A stretch of DNA of 64,000 bases from an uncultured Alphaproteobacteria bacterium (GTDB lineage: Bacteria; Pseudomonadota; Alphaproteobacteria; Rs-D84). Where the stretch lies: NCBI GenBank assembly GCA_944389345.1, contig CALXMA010000003.1, positions 24,294 to 88,293 of the forward strand, read 5' to 3'. The position numbers were made by a program, and so were the translations under genes. Each line of letters opens with the position of its first letter. The stretch's first letter is position 1. The notes beneath the pieces are model-generated. The model saw nothing but the letters and a program-made list of their open reading frames with translations. It did not search any database and was not told where the DNA came from. This document shows, one piece after another, positions 17,812 to 28,145 of this stretch.

Positions 17812-20800
17812 ATGAAGGGAATCAGATTAATCTTTACGTGTTTCCTGGCACTGTGGGCATGTGTTGAATTCGGTGCCATTGCCGCGACGGAAACTGACAA
17901 TACACATGGCGTATCACGCCGTGGGACATCTGTTGTTTCTGCGGGTCGCCAGACATCATCCACATCAACACGTGGCAACGATACGACAACAACTTCATCA
18001 CGCACATCTGGTACATCGTCATCTGTACGCAACCGCGACACGGCGTCAACGGGTCGTTCCGGGGTTGTCGTACGCGAAACCACACCGCGCACCACGGCGA
18101 CAAATACCGGCGACGTTTCCGCACGCACGGCAACAACTGTTTTACCACGTGGCACAACCAAGACCGGAACCGTGGTATCGGTTCCCGCCCGCACAACAAC
18201 TGCGCGCACCGGGACCACAACCGTATCACGCACGGCCACACAGAACGTTCCTGCACGCGCAACAACAATATCGCGCACGGCGACACCGGCGACAAAAAAT
18301 GTATCACGCACGGCCACAACATCCCGCGACGCAATTGCCCGTCGTGGCATATCGACAACCACGGCCCGCGCCGGCATCACCGCCGAAGAAATAATGAACC
18401 GCGACTATACCACCTGCCGAGAGGTTTATTACAGTTGCATGGACGAATTCTGTGCCAACAAGGACAGCCAGTTAAAACGTTGTGCTTGTTCATCACGCGT
18501 CAATGAATTCGACGATGTCAAAGAACAATTGACCGAAATCGAAGACAGACTGTTGGACTTCAATCAACGCCTGCTGACGGTCAACATGGACCGCGAAGAT
18601 GCCGAGGCTTTATTCCAAGCCACCGAAGGTGAATTGGCATTCCAACAAGAAGACACGTCTGCATCCAAAGAATTACTGGACGAAATTTCCGAAAAATTAA
18701 ACGACACATTCGACACCAGCACGTTTGATGCAAACCTGTCCCCTATTACATTAACATTAAACGTTGACGCCGCATTCGACAGTGTTGATTCACTGGCCGG
18801 CGCGGGAACAACATTACGCACAGGTCCCGACCTGTACAGTGCGGCCCTGCCGGTGTGTCGCGAAATGGCGATGGAGGTTTGCACCGACGCCGAATTGGAC
18901 ATAGTGGAAAGCGGATACCAAATGGCCATAGAACAAGACTGTAACACCGTGGCCAAGGCGTACGAAACACAACAGCAACAGGCACGTGAAAAAATCCGCG
19001 AAGGCAGTGCATTACTTGATATGTCGCGCCTGGACATATACCAGAAACGTAATTCGGATGACATTTTAACATGTAAATCCAAGATGTTGGATATGTTGAC
19101 CAATACATCTGTTTGTGGTCCCGACCTGCAACAGTGCTTGGACATCAGCGGGCAATACATAGACCCATCCACCGGCCAGGCAATTTTGACATCTAACTTG
19201 GTAAATCTGAACAACTTGATATCTCGTCCTGGTCCGGGTCAGACATGGACGGGCGCGCCGGGTAATTATAAATTTGTACAGTACCTGGAATCCAAAAAAA
19301 TGTTTTTGGAATCTGCAACCGAAAATTGCCAGGATATCGCCGACCACGTATGGGATGATTTTATCGAAGACGCACTGGCACAAATTAAATTGGCCCAAGA
19401 AGAAAAAATGGAAGAAGTACGCCAGGGTTGCACCACATTAACCACCCAATGTTTAACAGATTCCGCCGAATCCCTGGAAGAATTTGATGCCCGCGCGCTG
19501 TCTATCTTTGGTGTCGAAGCGGACAAAACCGTAAAACAAATGTGCGCCCAGGTTCAAACCGCATGTACGGCATTATTGGACACGGTCGATGGTGGCACAG
19601 ATTGGGATACGGGTATGACAGAAATTGCCACCGACAAAACATACGAAACAATTATGCAAACCTGTCGCGAGGTTGGACGTTCCTGTATTATCCAGTCGTG
19701 CAAATCGATATCTGGTAATTTCGGACTGTGTGAAAACATCGAAACGTCCGTTAACCGCAAGGCAATTATTAACCGTACGGCGTGCTGGAACGAGGTTTTG
19801 GATTGCGTGGCATCTGCGGGTCTGGATTCAATCAACAAAATTACAGACCAATATCAAAATCATCTGGACGCAGAAACACGCGCATTCTATACAGAATTAT
19901 ATGGTTCGTATAACATTGCGGACATAACCAACGACGAACTAGAAGGTGATTTTGCCGGTGAATCATGTATCTTGGGCGACAACGGCAATTGCATATTCGA
20001 TATATGCGCCGACGAATGCGGATACGATTCGGCCGGTGGTGCAACATATTCCAAACTGGACAGCGATGAATGCCAGGTATGCCGTTTGGCGGAACGCATC
20101 TGGGGCAATTGCGAGGCCCACCCCGCCAGCAATCTGTCCAACGACGAATCGCATAACCAAATAAAAATACCTTTGTCCGATCCAATAACCGGCGAAAAGA
20201 ACGATACATTATTATCTTGGTTTGCGCGCAACACCAACACCGAAGATTCAAACGTCAGTTGCCGTGATACATCATGTGGACCTGGGTATACACCGTTCTG
20301 GGATCCCGAGGCACAATCCACCGTATGCGTCTTAGAGGCGAATATATCCGACGACGGCATGCTGTGCCCACTGGAAACATTCTGGCGCTTTAACACGGGT
20401 GGCGGTTCCACAAACTGTTGCAGAAGTGGTGACAGCACACCTGGTAAACGCGATGCGTTTGGAAATTGTTGCCTGGGCAGTGTAACGGGCAATTCCATAA
20501 GCCATCTGAATTGGGAAACAACCACGGGGTACAGTAATTCCAACGCCGCCAGTTCACCAATTGTTCCGACAACAGAAACCGTGGCCGCCGGTGTCCAAGA
20601 AACCGCCCAGGGATTCTGCCTGCCATCTGGTGCAACATTTGTAATGGCGTTCCCGCTGACTGGTGATACGGCATACTATGGAACGGGAATCGGGTTCTTG
20701 TTCTGTGTTGGTTCAATCAGTGCGTCAAACGAAACCACAACATACCCATCGGGACAAACCCTGACATGCAGTGGCGATTTCATCGTCGTGACCAAGGACG

Positions 20801-20982
20801 GTCGGTATATGATTCCGCACTATTCCAGTGGCGACGCAACACCAATGCCCGACATATATTATCGTGGCAATGATGATTCGGGCCAATGCAATTACACATA
20901 TTCTGGTGGCGCATGGTCATGGTCATCCAACGATGGTGCCCAGTGTACCGCATCGCCCAAAAATTATATTATTCAGTATTAA
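17812..20982 (+). CDS. Large Cys-rich secreted protein (family L), with T/R/S-rich N-terminal region
   Basis: Signal peptide; CREVYYSCMDEFC...RCACSS motif shared with three other ORFs in the window. Confidence 0.85.
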   Translation: MKGIRLIFTCFLALWACVEFGAIAATETDNTHGVSRRGTSVVSAGRQTSSTSTRGNDTTTTSSRTSGTSSSVRNRDTASTGRSGVVVRETTPRTTATNTGDVSARTATTVLPRGTTKTGTVVSVPARTTTARTGTTTVSRTATQNVPARATTISRTATPATKNVSRTATTSRDAIARRGISTTTARAGITAEEIMNRDYTTCREVYYSCMDEFCANKDSQLKRCACSSRVNEFDDVKEQLTEIEDRLLDFNQRLLTVNMDREDAEALFQATEGELAFQQEDTSASKELLDEISEKLNDTFDTSTFDANLSPITLTLNVDAAFDSVDSLAGAGTTLRTGPDLYSAALPVCREMAMEVCTDAELDIVESGYQMAIEQDCNTVAKAYETQQQQAREKIREGSALLDMSRLDIYQKRNSDDILTCKSKMLDMLTNTSVCGPDLQQCLDISGQYIDPSTGQAILTSNLVNLNNLISRPGPGQTWTGAPGNYKFVQYLESKKMFLESATENCQDIADHVWDDFIEDALAQIKLAQEEKMEEVRQGCTTLTTQCLTDSAESLEEFDARALSIFGVEADKTVKQMCAQVQTACTALLDTVDGGTDWDTGMTEIATDKTYETIMQTCREVGRSCIIQSCKSISGNFGLCENIETSVNRKAIINRTACWNEVLDCVASAGLDSINKITDQYQNHLDAETRAFYTELYGSYNIADITNDELEGDFAGESCILGDNGNCIFDICADECGYDSAGGATYSKLDSDECQVCRLAERIWGNCEAHPASNLSNDESHNQIKIPLSDPITGEKNDTLLSWFARNTNTEDSNVSCRDTSCGPGYTPFWDPEAQSTVCVLEANISDDGMLCPLETFWRFNTGGGSTNCCRSGDSTPGKRDAFGNCCLGSVTGNSISHLNWETTTGYSNSNAASSPIVPTTETVAAGVQETAQGFCLPSGATFVMAFPLTGDTAYYGTGIGFLFCVGSISASNETTTYPSGQTLTCSGDFIVVTKDGRYMIPHYSSGDATPMPDIYYRGNDDSGQCNYTYSGGAWSWSSNDGAQCTASPKNYIIQY

Positions 20983-21017
20983 CAACGTAAAAACGGAGAG
21001 TTTAACGCAAACAGTAC

Positions 21018-21046
21018 TTGACAAATAACAAAAATTGCATTATATT
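21018..21046 (+). promoter_or_regulatory. Putative sigma70 promoter
   Basis: TTGACA-17 nt-TATATT. Confidence 0.55.
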
Positions 21047-21051
21047 CGTCA

Positions 21052-21261
21052 ATGAACGAACAAAAAAACGACACGGTCATCTATGCAACAAATGGACAGT
21101 ATATGATGAGATATGGCGCGTTTTTATCAATACCTGGACGGGCGTCCGATTATCGGTCGCCACAGGGGTTTGACGGCGCCTGCGTGGGGGATACGGGGGG
21201 CACGTTTTCATCTGGGACCAAATGCGATACATTTGATGATTTTGTGTTAAAGACTAAATAA
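21052..21261 (+). CDS. Small ORF, possible leader peptide (69 aa)
   Basis: ATG directly after the -10 box (would be leaderless); stop codon abuts a terminator hairpin. Confidence 0.4.
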   Translation: MNEQKNDTVIYATNGQYMMRYGAFLSIPGRASDYRSPQGFDGACVGDTGGTFSSGTKCDTFDDFVLKTK

Positions 21262-21287
21262 AGTCCGGATTTTTTCCGGGCTTTTTT
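21261..21287 (+). terminator. Intrinsic terminator or attenuator upstream of the lipoprotein gene
   Basis: aagtccgga-ttttt-tccgggctt followed by a T run. Confidence 0.7.
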
Positions 21288-21352
21288 GCTTTTGTTGGGA
21301 AAAAAATCATAATCCTGACAAAGGCCAACGCCAAACCAAAGGAGGCACACAA

Positions 21353-21820
21353 ATGAAAAACATCAAAAAAATAATACCGTACAAATTACGGACATTAATA
21401 CCCGCATTGGGCTTGGCCGGTCTGGCGACGGCATCATTAACCAGTTGCGAAAAAGAACCGGAAACGCGCGATGTAGAATTGTTTTTTCATACCGGTGATT
21501 ATTCCACCGTTCTTTACCAAGACAGATACGGAAACCGCGAACCCAGCCTGATGGCAAAAACGTACGCGAACGATCCGACGGTTGGCACTATATACCTGGT
21601 TCCAATTGGAACATGGAGCACCTATGTGGCCAGCACGATTACCAACATGCGCAAGGTTTTACTGGAACCACTGTTCGATTATTCGCCGAAATTCAAGGGC
21701 AAAGGCGATTTCGATTTCTATCCTGGGGCGCCATCTGAAATCCCCGAAGACAGTTTATGGATTGTCAGCAAGGGATTTACCATCAACAAATATCGCCCAT
21801 CAACCGATTATCAACGTTAA
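21353..21820 (+). CDS. Hypothetical lipoprotein
   Basis: AGGAGG RBS; basic N-terminus, hydrophobic stretch and lipobox LTSC. Confidence 0.75.
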   Translation: MKNIKKIIPYKLRTLIPALGLAGLATASLTSCEKEPETRDVELFFHTGDYSTVLYQDRYGNREPSLMAKTYANDPTVGTIYLVPIGTWSTYVASTITNMRKVLLEPLFDYSPKFKGKGDFDFYPGAPSEIPEDSLWIVSKGFTINKYRPSTDYQR

Positions 21821-21821
21821 C

Positions 21822-21850
21822 AAAATCCGGCATTAATGCCGGATTTTTTT
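21822..21850 (+). terminator. Intrinsic terminator
   Basis: aaaatccggcat / atgccggatttt followed by a T run. Confidence 0.75.
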
Positions 21851-21971
21851 ATTCGCACCACCCATTCCGTTCACTTTTTAACAATTGACAATCCCGGCAA
21901 AAAAATGCAAACATTCAAATACAGATATGCATAAAAATACGGGCGGGAAATTCACACATAACGGAATTAAA

Positions 21972-23147
21972 ATGAAAAAAATATTTTTCACAATGTTATG
22001 TTTATTTATTGTTAATACGGGCGCCATGGCGGTTGAAACGTGCAGCCAGGATCAAGATGGCAACTGTTCCATAGGTTGTGAACCGGACGGTCTTGGTGGG
22101 TGCGAAGTATGTTCCCCCGGGTCGTATAAATCCGCGGTAAATAAATTACCATGTACAAAATGCGTATTTCCAACCGGCGCCACGCAAAAACAGGACGATG
22201 TATCTGGTCTGACCACCGCCTGTTCATGGCAGGCCGAATGTGACGCGGACGAATATTGGCAGACGTCCACGGGTGGCATCAGTACGTTTGGCTGTACCCC
22301 ATGTGGCGAACATTATACATCAAAACGGACCCAAGGATTCGGACTAAGCGGACGTGGCACCACCGCCACCGGGGCCAGCAGTTATTCCAAGGACGCTGTT
22401 TGTGATGGCATTGTTTACACAATAACACTGGAAAAAAATTTAACAAACTTTCTTGAAACACCCAAATATGCATACGTAAAATACGGAACGGGTTTTTCTG
22501 CCAATGAAAACGGCCCGTTCAAATACACCGGCGTCGAACCGGGCGTAACCCCAAGCATGAAATGGTTTCAAGATTTCTTAGGCTATTACACAGCGAAAAC
22601 GGGCGGGTCCATACGTTTCAATTCCGAAGGTGGCACAACCGGCACGGCAACAAACCCAACAACATTCAGAGAACACACAACATTATATGGCCGCTGGAAT
22701 GAAGAAGCCGTAAAATTCACCGTGAATTATTACAGCGATTCTGGGATGCAAACCTTGTTCGCATCCAGCACGTGCGAAATGGGCGGATCATGCCTGGCCC
22801 GAACCGATGGTCCATCACAATCGGGCAAGGTATTTGCCGGTTGGCAATGTGGCGCGGGCTGTTCTGGTCCCGTTGAACCGGGCACCCAGATTCCCGAACC
22901 AACCGAAGAATACTATCTGACCAACGAACCCGTAAAATTATACGCACGCTTTGAAAGTTGCCCCGCCGGATACTATTGTGCCAGCGGTGTACAAAACAAA
23001 TGCCCGGCTGGTATGACCACATCTGGTGGCGCGTCCAGCATAGAAGACTGTCATATGGTACGTGGTTCCAGTGGCACAAAATTTTGCAACGGAACCGGTG
23101 CTTGCTTTACCCTGCCCGGGACGGGAACGATACCATACAATCCATAG
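21972..23147 (+). CDS. Cys-rich secreted protein with InlB B-repeat-like units and CPAGYYC repeats
   Basis: Signal peptide; FLGYY...TLYGRW and FAGW...KLYARF units; CSPGSYK and CPAGYYC motifs. Confidence 0.75.
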   Translation: MKKIFFTMLCLFIVNTGAMAVETCSQDQDGNCSIGCEPDGLGGCEVCSPGSYKSAVNKLPCTKCVFPTGATQKQDDVSGLTTACSWQAECDADEYWQTSTGGISTFGCTPCGEHYTSKRTQGFGLSGRGTTATGASSYSKDAVCDGIVYTITLEKNLTNFLETPKYAYVKYGTGFSANENGPFKYTGVEPGVTPSMKWFQDFLGYYTAKTGGSIRFNSEGGTTGTATNPTTFREHTTLYGRWNEEAVKFTVNYYSDSGMQTLFASSTCEMGGSCLARTDGPSQSGKVFAGWQCGAGCSGPVEPGTQIPEPTEEYYLTNEPVKLYARFESCPAGYYCASGVQNKCPAGMTTSGGASSIEDCHMVRGSSGTKFCNGTGACFTLPGTGTIPYNP

Positions 23148-23151
23148 TGTT

Positions 23152-23670
23152 TTATAAAACTATTTTGGAAATTGCATCGCGCACGGAACAAATTTCGTCA
23201 TCACTAAATTTTCCCAACACCCAATCTGCGGGGTCGATTTTCAGGTCAAAATCACGTGGATGTCCAATACCAATTCTGATTCTGCGGTATTCGTTTCCAA
23301 CATTGGCGTCAATTGATCGGATACCATTGTGCCCCGCACTGCCCCCGCCAATTTTTTCGCGCAACGCCCCCGTCTTCAAATCCATATCGTCATGAATCAC
23401 GACCAGATTTTCCAACGGAATCTTGTAAAAATTCATCAGTTCGCGCACGGCGACACCACTGTTATTCATAAAAGTCTGGGGCATGGCGAATATTGTCCGC
23501 ACACCATCATGCACCCCAGAATATACCAGCGCATTATGTTCTTTGCGCCATGTGGCATCATCTGGCACCAATGACCGCACCGCCATAAAGCCAACATTAT
23601 GTCTGGTACGTTCATACTGGGCCCCGGGGTTTCCCAATCCGACCACCAAAAACGGTTTATTTTCTTGCAT
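23152..23670 (-). CDS. pth: Peptidyl-tRNA hydrolase
   Basis: VGLGNPG...TRHNVGF, HDDMD and GGSAGHNG motifs. Confidence 0.97.
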   Translation of the reverse strand: MQENKPFLVVGLGNPGAQYERTRHNVGFMAVRSLVPDDATWRKEHNALVYSGVHDGVRTIFAMPQTFMNNSGVAVRELMNFYKIPLENLVVIHDDMDLKTGALREKIGGGSAGHNGIRSIDANVGNEYRRIRIGIGHPRDFDLKIDPADWVLGKFSDDEICSVRDAISKIVL

Positions 23671-23715
23671 ATATATCTCTTTTTTTTATTATAATATCAC
23701 ACAAAGGAGAAAAAT

Positions 23716-24249
23716 ATGAAATTAAAATATCTGGGGATTTTAGGCGTTGCGACATTGGCATTTTCTGGGTCTGCAAACGCAGAATTATTGTTTGATTTAT
23801 ATGCTGGGGCAACCATCGGCGCGGGCGCGGCCACAGAATTTGCAGATGACGCAACCCACACAGATTCTGCCCAATCGTATGGCGCGGTACTGGGGCTGGA
23901 TATACCATTGGTTCGTTTTGAACTGGAATACGATTACCTGAATAACGACAGTGCAAAATTGCACATGGGAATGATAAACCTGTACGGTAAAATGCCGTCC
24001 ACGGTCGTACACCCATACCTGGGGGTTGGTGTTGGTAATGTATTCGGTGGCGACGCACACGATCTGGATGTGGATTCCGCCGTCGCATACCAAGGTATGT
24101 TGGGTGTCACATTTGACGTCCCCGTATTGCCAATAAAAATCGACGCCGAAGGCCGGGCGATATACATTCCAAACCTGTACCAGGTTGCAGACATTAAACC
24201 AGATTTATTGCAATACGAAGTTCGCCTGAAATTACGCTATGTATTTTAA
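23716..24249 (+). CDS. Small outer-membrane beta-barrel protein (opacity/OmpA-like barrel)
   Basis: Signal peptide, RFELEY, PYLGVGVG and AYQGMLGV motifs, terminal RYVF. Confidence 0.8.
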   Translation: MKLKYLGILGVATLAFSGSANAELLFDLYAGATIGAGAATEFADDATHTDSAQSYGAVLGLDIPLVRFELEYDYLNNDSAKLHMGMINLYGKMPSTVVHPYLGVGVGNVFGGDAHDLDVDSAVAYQGMLGVTFDVPVLPIKIDAEGRAIYIPNLYQVADIKPDLLQYEVRLKLRYVF

Positions 24250-24302
24250 TTGATTACCGGGTTACACCCCGGTTTTATGGTCTGGGATTATGGGGATAAA
24301 AA

Positions 24303-27083
24303 ATGCTGACACTAATAGACGGTAATTCCATTCTTTTCCGCGCCTATTATGGCGTGCACAGTCGTCTGACACGTTCGGACGGCACCCCAACCGGGGCGGT
24401 TTACGGATTTTTCAATATGATATTACCGATATTGGCGCGCGCCCAACCAAACGATTCGTTTGTCTGTGTATTTGACGCGTCCCGCATATCTTTCCGCCAA
24501 GACATATATCCCCAATACAAGGCCAATCGCCCAGAAACGCCGACCGACCTGATTACCCAATCGTACATGGTACGCGACGGCGTGGCATCTATGGGAATTC
24601 CAGTGTTATGTATTCCCGGGGTCGAAGCGGATGATGTCATCGCCACATTGGCCACAGAAAACTGTAACGCCCCCGACGCAACACGCATCATCACCAGCGA
24701 CAAGGATTTGATGCAACTGGTATCCGATTGCGTATTTCTGTACGACGGGATGAAGGACCGTGAAATTCGCACCCCCCAGGTAATTGAAAAATTCGGTGTT
24801 CCCCCAGACCATGTCATAGATGTACAAAGTTTGATGGGCGATTCGTCTGACAACGTTCCGGGCGTTCCGGGCATTGGTCCGAAAAAGGCGTCTGAATTAA
24901 TATCAAAATTTGGTTCTTTGGACGAATTATACAATCACTTGGATGATATTCCAAACGAACGTACACGCAACCTGTTGCGCGACAATCGTGAAATGGCGTA
25001 TATTTCCAAACGTTTGGTCACATTGAAACGCGACGTCGATTTATCAGGTTTAACCATAACGCCATTTGTATTTAATACACCTGGGGCGCTGGATTTTGTT
25101 CGCACTAAATTGGAAAGTAATTCTTTGATTACAAAAATTGAAAAATTATTTCCATCCGAAAAATTCGATGCATCAACGTATACCGCGCCACCTGCATACG
25201 CCGGTTCGGTATGCGAAACAGAGGCGCCATCAAACACCCCATCTACCGTCGCACCCAAAGGATTAAAATTAACCTATGAAACAATTTCTGACCCATATGC
25301 ACTGGATAAATTCTTGTCCACGGTCCGGGACAAAATTGCACTGGACACAGAAACGACGGGGTTAAATTACCTGGACGCAAAACTGGTTGGAATATCACTG
25401 GCAACAGATGATACCCACGGGGTGTATATTCCGATTCAACACCGCGCGCCTGGGGGCGATTTATTCACAGGCGACACATTGGCGCCAAACCAATTAACAC
25501 TTGATACGGTACGCGACCGCCTGTGGCCGATTTTGACCAACAAGAAAATTACCAAGGTTGGCCATAACCTGAAATACGATTTGCACATATTGGCGAATAT
25601 GGGATGGAATATATCCGACATTGCACCAATTGATGACACCATGCTGATTTCATACGCATTGCATGGTACATTACACGGTCATGGGCTGGACGAATTGGCG
25701 CAAAAGTACTTGGGGCATACAAATATTTCTTTTGCGTCATTATTTCCGCCCAAAACCCGCGACGCAGATATGCACTTTGATGCGCTGGACATATCCCAGG
25801 CCACACCATACGCGGCCGAAGATGCGACAATATGCATGGCGTTGTACAACCTGATGCGCCCGCAACTGGATGCAAACGAAAAATTAAAAGATTTATATGA
25901 AACGTGCGATTTACCACTGATGCCTATTTTGGTAAAAATGGAACGCGCGGGGGTGCTGGTAAACAAAAACGGACTGCAACAATTATCCGCGGTCTTTCAC
26001 AACCAATTGACCAAACTGGAATCAGAAATTTGGCAATTGGCGGGACGCGAATTTAATATCGCCAGTCCAAAGCAACTGGGCACGATTTTATTTGACGAAT
26101 TAAACCTGCCGGCGAATCGGAAACGTTCCACAGACGCAGAAACATTGAACGAATTAATTGACGCCCATCCAATTATTGAAAAAATACTAAATTGGCGTTC
26201 TATTGCAAAATTGGCGGGCACATACGCCGACGCCCTGCCCCGCCAGATTGCCCACGACGGGCGCATTCATACAACATACTTGCAAACCAGTACGAACACG
26301 GGACGCCTGTCCAGTCGTGATCCAAACTTGCAAAATATTCCAATAAAAACAGAACTGGGCGAAGAAATCAGAAAATGTTTTGTTGCCCCCACGGGTCGCG
26401 TATTAATCTCGGCGGATTATTCCCAGATACAATTGCGCCTGTTGGCGGACGTTGCGAATGTTCATACATTCAAAGAAACATTTAACGCCGGCACAGACAT
26501 TCACGAACAAACCGCGCGCCAGATATTCGGCATTGCACAAAACGCGCCGGTACCGCGCGAACTGCGCCGTGCGGCCAAAACCGTAAATTTTTCTATTATT
26601 TATGGCATATCGTCATTTGGTCTGTCGAACCAGTTGGGTATTTCCCGCGCGGACGCCCAACAAATCATAGATTCTTATATGGCGGGTTTGCCGGAAATTC
26701 GTGATTATATTGAATACATCAAAGATTTTGCGACAAAAAATGCGTGCGTTTATACCCCATGGGGTCGTCGCATTGAATTGCCCGAGGTTAAAAATCCACG
26801 CATGCGTGCGTACGCCATGCGTGCCGCGGTTAACGCCCCAATCCAAGGATTCGAAGCAGACCTGATGCGTCGCGCAATGGTGAACCTGGACCGCGACATA
26901 ATCCAACCAAACGCGGACAAGATAAAAATGATTATGCAGGTACACGACGAAATCATTTTTGAATGCGATGCCGATGTGGCGGACGAATTCGCAAAAAAAA
27001 TAGAAAGCGCCATGGAAAACGTCGCCCAGTTATCGGTACCATTGTCCGCGGATTATGTAATTGGGAAATATTGGGGCAAATAA
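24303..27083 (+). CDS. polA: DNA polymerase I
   Basis: LIDGNS 5'-exonuclease, DTETTG 3'-exonuclease, ADYSQIQLR, AKTVNFSIIYG and QVHDE polymerase motifs. Confidence 0.97.
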   Translation: MLTLIDGNSILFRAYYGVHSRLTRSDGTPTGAVYGFFNMILPILARAQPNDSFVCVFDASRISFRQDIYPQYKANRPETPTDLITQSYMVRDGVASMGIPVLCIPGVEADDVIATLATENCNAPDATRIITSDKDLMQLVSDCVFLYDGMKDREIRTPQVIEKFGVPPDHVIDVQSLMGDSSDNVPGVPGIGPKKASELISKFGSLDELYNHLDDIPNERTRNLLRDNREMAYISKRLVTLKRDVDLSGLTITPFVFNTPGALDFVRTKLESNSLITKIEKLFPSEKFDASTYTAPPAYAGSVCETEAPSNTPSTVAPKGLKLTYETISDPYALDKFLSTVRDKIALDTETTGLNYLDAKLVGISLATDDTHGVYIPIQHRAPGGDLFTGDTLAPNQLTLDTVRDRLWPILTNKKITKVGHNLKYDLHILANMGWNISDIAPIDDTMLISYALHGTLHGHGLDELAQKYLGHTNISFASLFPPKTRDADMHFDALDISQATPYAAEDATICMALYNLMRPQLDANEKLKDLYETCDLPLMPILVKMERAGVLVNKNGLQQLSAVFHNQLTKLESEIWQLAGREFNIASPKQLGTILFDELNLPANRKRSTDAETLNELIDAHPIIEKILNWRSIAKLAGTYADALPRQIAHDGRIHTTYLQTSTNTGRLSSRDPNLQNIPIKTELGEEIRKCFVAPTGRVLISADYSQIQLRLLADVANVHTFKETFNAGTDIHEQTARQIFGIAQNAPVPRELRRAAKTVNFSIIYGISSFGLSNQLGISRADAQQIIDSYMAGLPEIRDYIEYIKDFATKNACVYTPWGRRIELPEVKNPRMRAYAMRAAVNAPIQGFEADLMRRAMVNLDRDIIQPNADKIKMIMQVHDEIIFECDADVADEFAKKIESAMENVAQLSVPLSADYVIGKYWGK

Positions 27084-27109
27084 AAATCCCGCAAATGCGG
27101 GATTTTTTT
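27082..27109. terminator. Bidirectional terminator between polA and the DUF805 gene
   Basis: aaaaatcccgc-aaat-gcgggattttt between convergent genes. Confidence 0.8.
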
Positions 27110-27110
27110 A

Positions 27111-27602
27111 TTATTGTTTATTAAATTTGTGATACGGATTTCCTTCTACCTTGGTCGGCAATATGGAAAATACAAAGAATACAACCGACACAAAGAACGC
27201 CAATCCCGGCACCATTGCCAGCAACCATAACATCATCCACCACGCACTTAACCCGACATCATGCAACCGACGCACAGTTATTGAAATCCATGGTATAAAC
27301 ATCGCCATACCGCCAAAGACAAACAACAGCGCCAAAATGGCCACACCGGGCATCAACATCACATCATGCCACCAAAACGGCCACATCGCATATTCGAATG
27401 TGCCGACCACCATCACACATAACAGCCAAACAATAAAAATCAAAAAGGTCATTAAATACGACCACCAATATTCAGACCGCGACGATGTCCCCGCCCATTC
27501 GGTAAACCCACGGCACCAAAACGCACCATAGGCCTTGAACATATTAGTGTATTTCACACTGTCTAAAATCTTTTTTTCTTTCTTTGCTGTTTTTGTTGGC
27601 AT
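27111..27602 (-). CDS. DUF805 family membrane protein
   Basis: GTSSRSEYWW and VRRLHDVGLSAWW motifs. Confidence 0.88.
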   Translation of the reverse strand: MPTKTAKKEKKILDSVKYTNMFKAYGAFWCRGFTEWAGTSSRSEYWWSYLMTFLIFIVWLLCVMVVGTFEYAMWPFWWHDVMLMPGVAILALLFVFGGMAMFIPWISITVRRLHDVGLSAWWMMLWLLAMVPGLAFFVSVVFFVFSILPTKVEGNPYHKFNKQ

Positions 27603-27684
27603 ATAAAAATCCTTTTAACTACCTGACAATTATACCACAAACAAATAAAAAATACACCCCGCAATCACGGGGTGCAATCTTAAC

Positions 27685-27891
27685 CTAGAATCCAAAGACC
27701 ATACGTTGTTTTGACTGACGTTTTTTTTCATTACGCACGGCTTCTTCTTTCAAACGTTTGCGTTTAGTTGTGGGTTTTTCATAACGCTGACGTTCTTTCA
27801 TTTCGCGGTACAAACCCTCTTTCTGGGATTTACGCTTTGCGACACGCAACGCCTGTTCGACGTTATTATCGCGAACCAGAACTTTCACCAT
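27685..27891 (-). CDS. rpsU: 30S ribosomal protein S21
   Basis: [13 protein letters not shown]...KEG...YEKPT. Confidence 0.93.
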   Translation of the reverse strand: MVKVLVRDNNVEQALRVAKRKSQKEGLYREMKERQRYEKPTTKRKRLKEEAVRNEKKRQSKQRMVFGF

Positions 27892-27926
27892 ATACATTCA
27901 CCCCCTTTAACGCACTTCTTATTTTG

Positions 27927-28002
27927 TGGTGGAGCTGATCAGACTCGAACTGACGACCCCCTGCTTGCAAAGCAGGTGCTCTACCAACTGAGCTACAACC
28001 CC
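27927..28002 (-). tRNA. tRNA-Ala (anticodon TGC)
   Basis: GGGGTTGTAGCTCAGTTGGTAGAGC...CCTGC-TTTGCAA-GCAGG...GTTCGAG...CTCCACCA, 76 nt. Confidence 0.96.
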
Positions 28003-28145
28003 AAAACTTTGCCTTTACACACTTTCTTGTTCTGAAAGCCCCCTAATTTTATACACTTTTACGCATATTGTCAAATTAAAAATGAAACCGCATGAATTTA
28101 ATCTTTCACTGGACAGATTTTATCCCGCCCCTTATAATTGCCAAC

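Noticed and set aside
17787-18380. 197-aa Val/Arg-rich minus-strand ORF (similarly 56491..57030)
   Set aside because: Antisense shadow of the Thr/Arg low-complexity regions of family L genes
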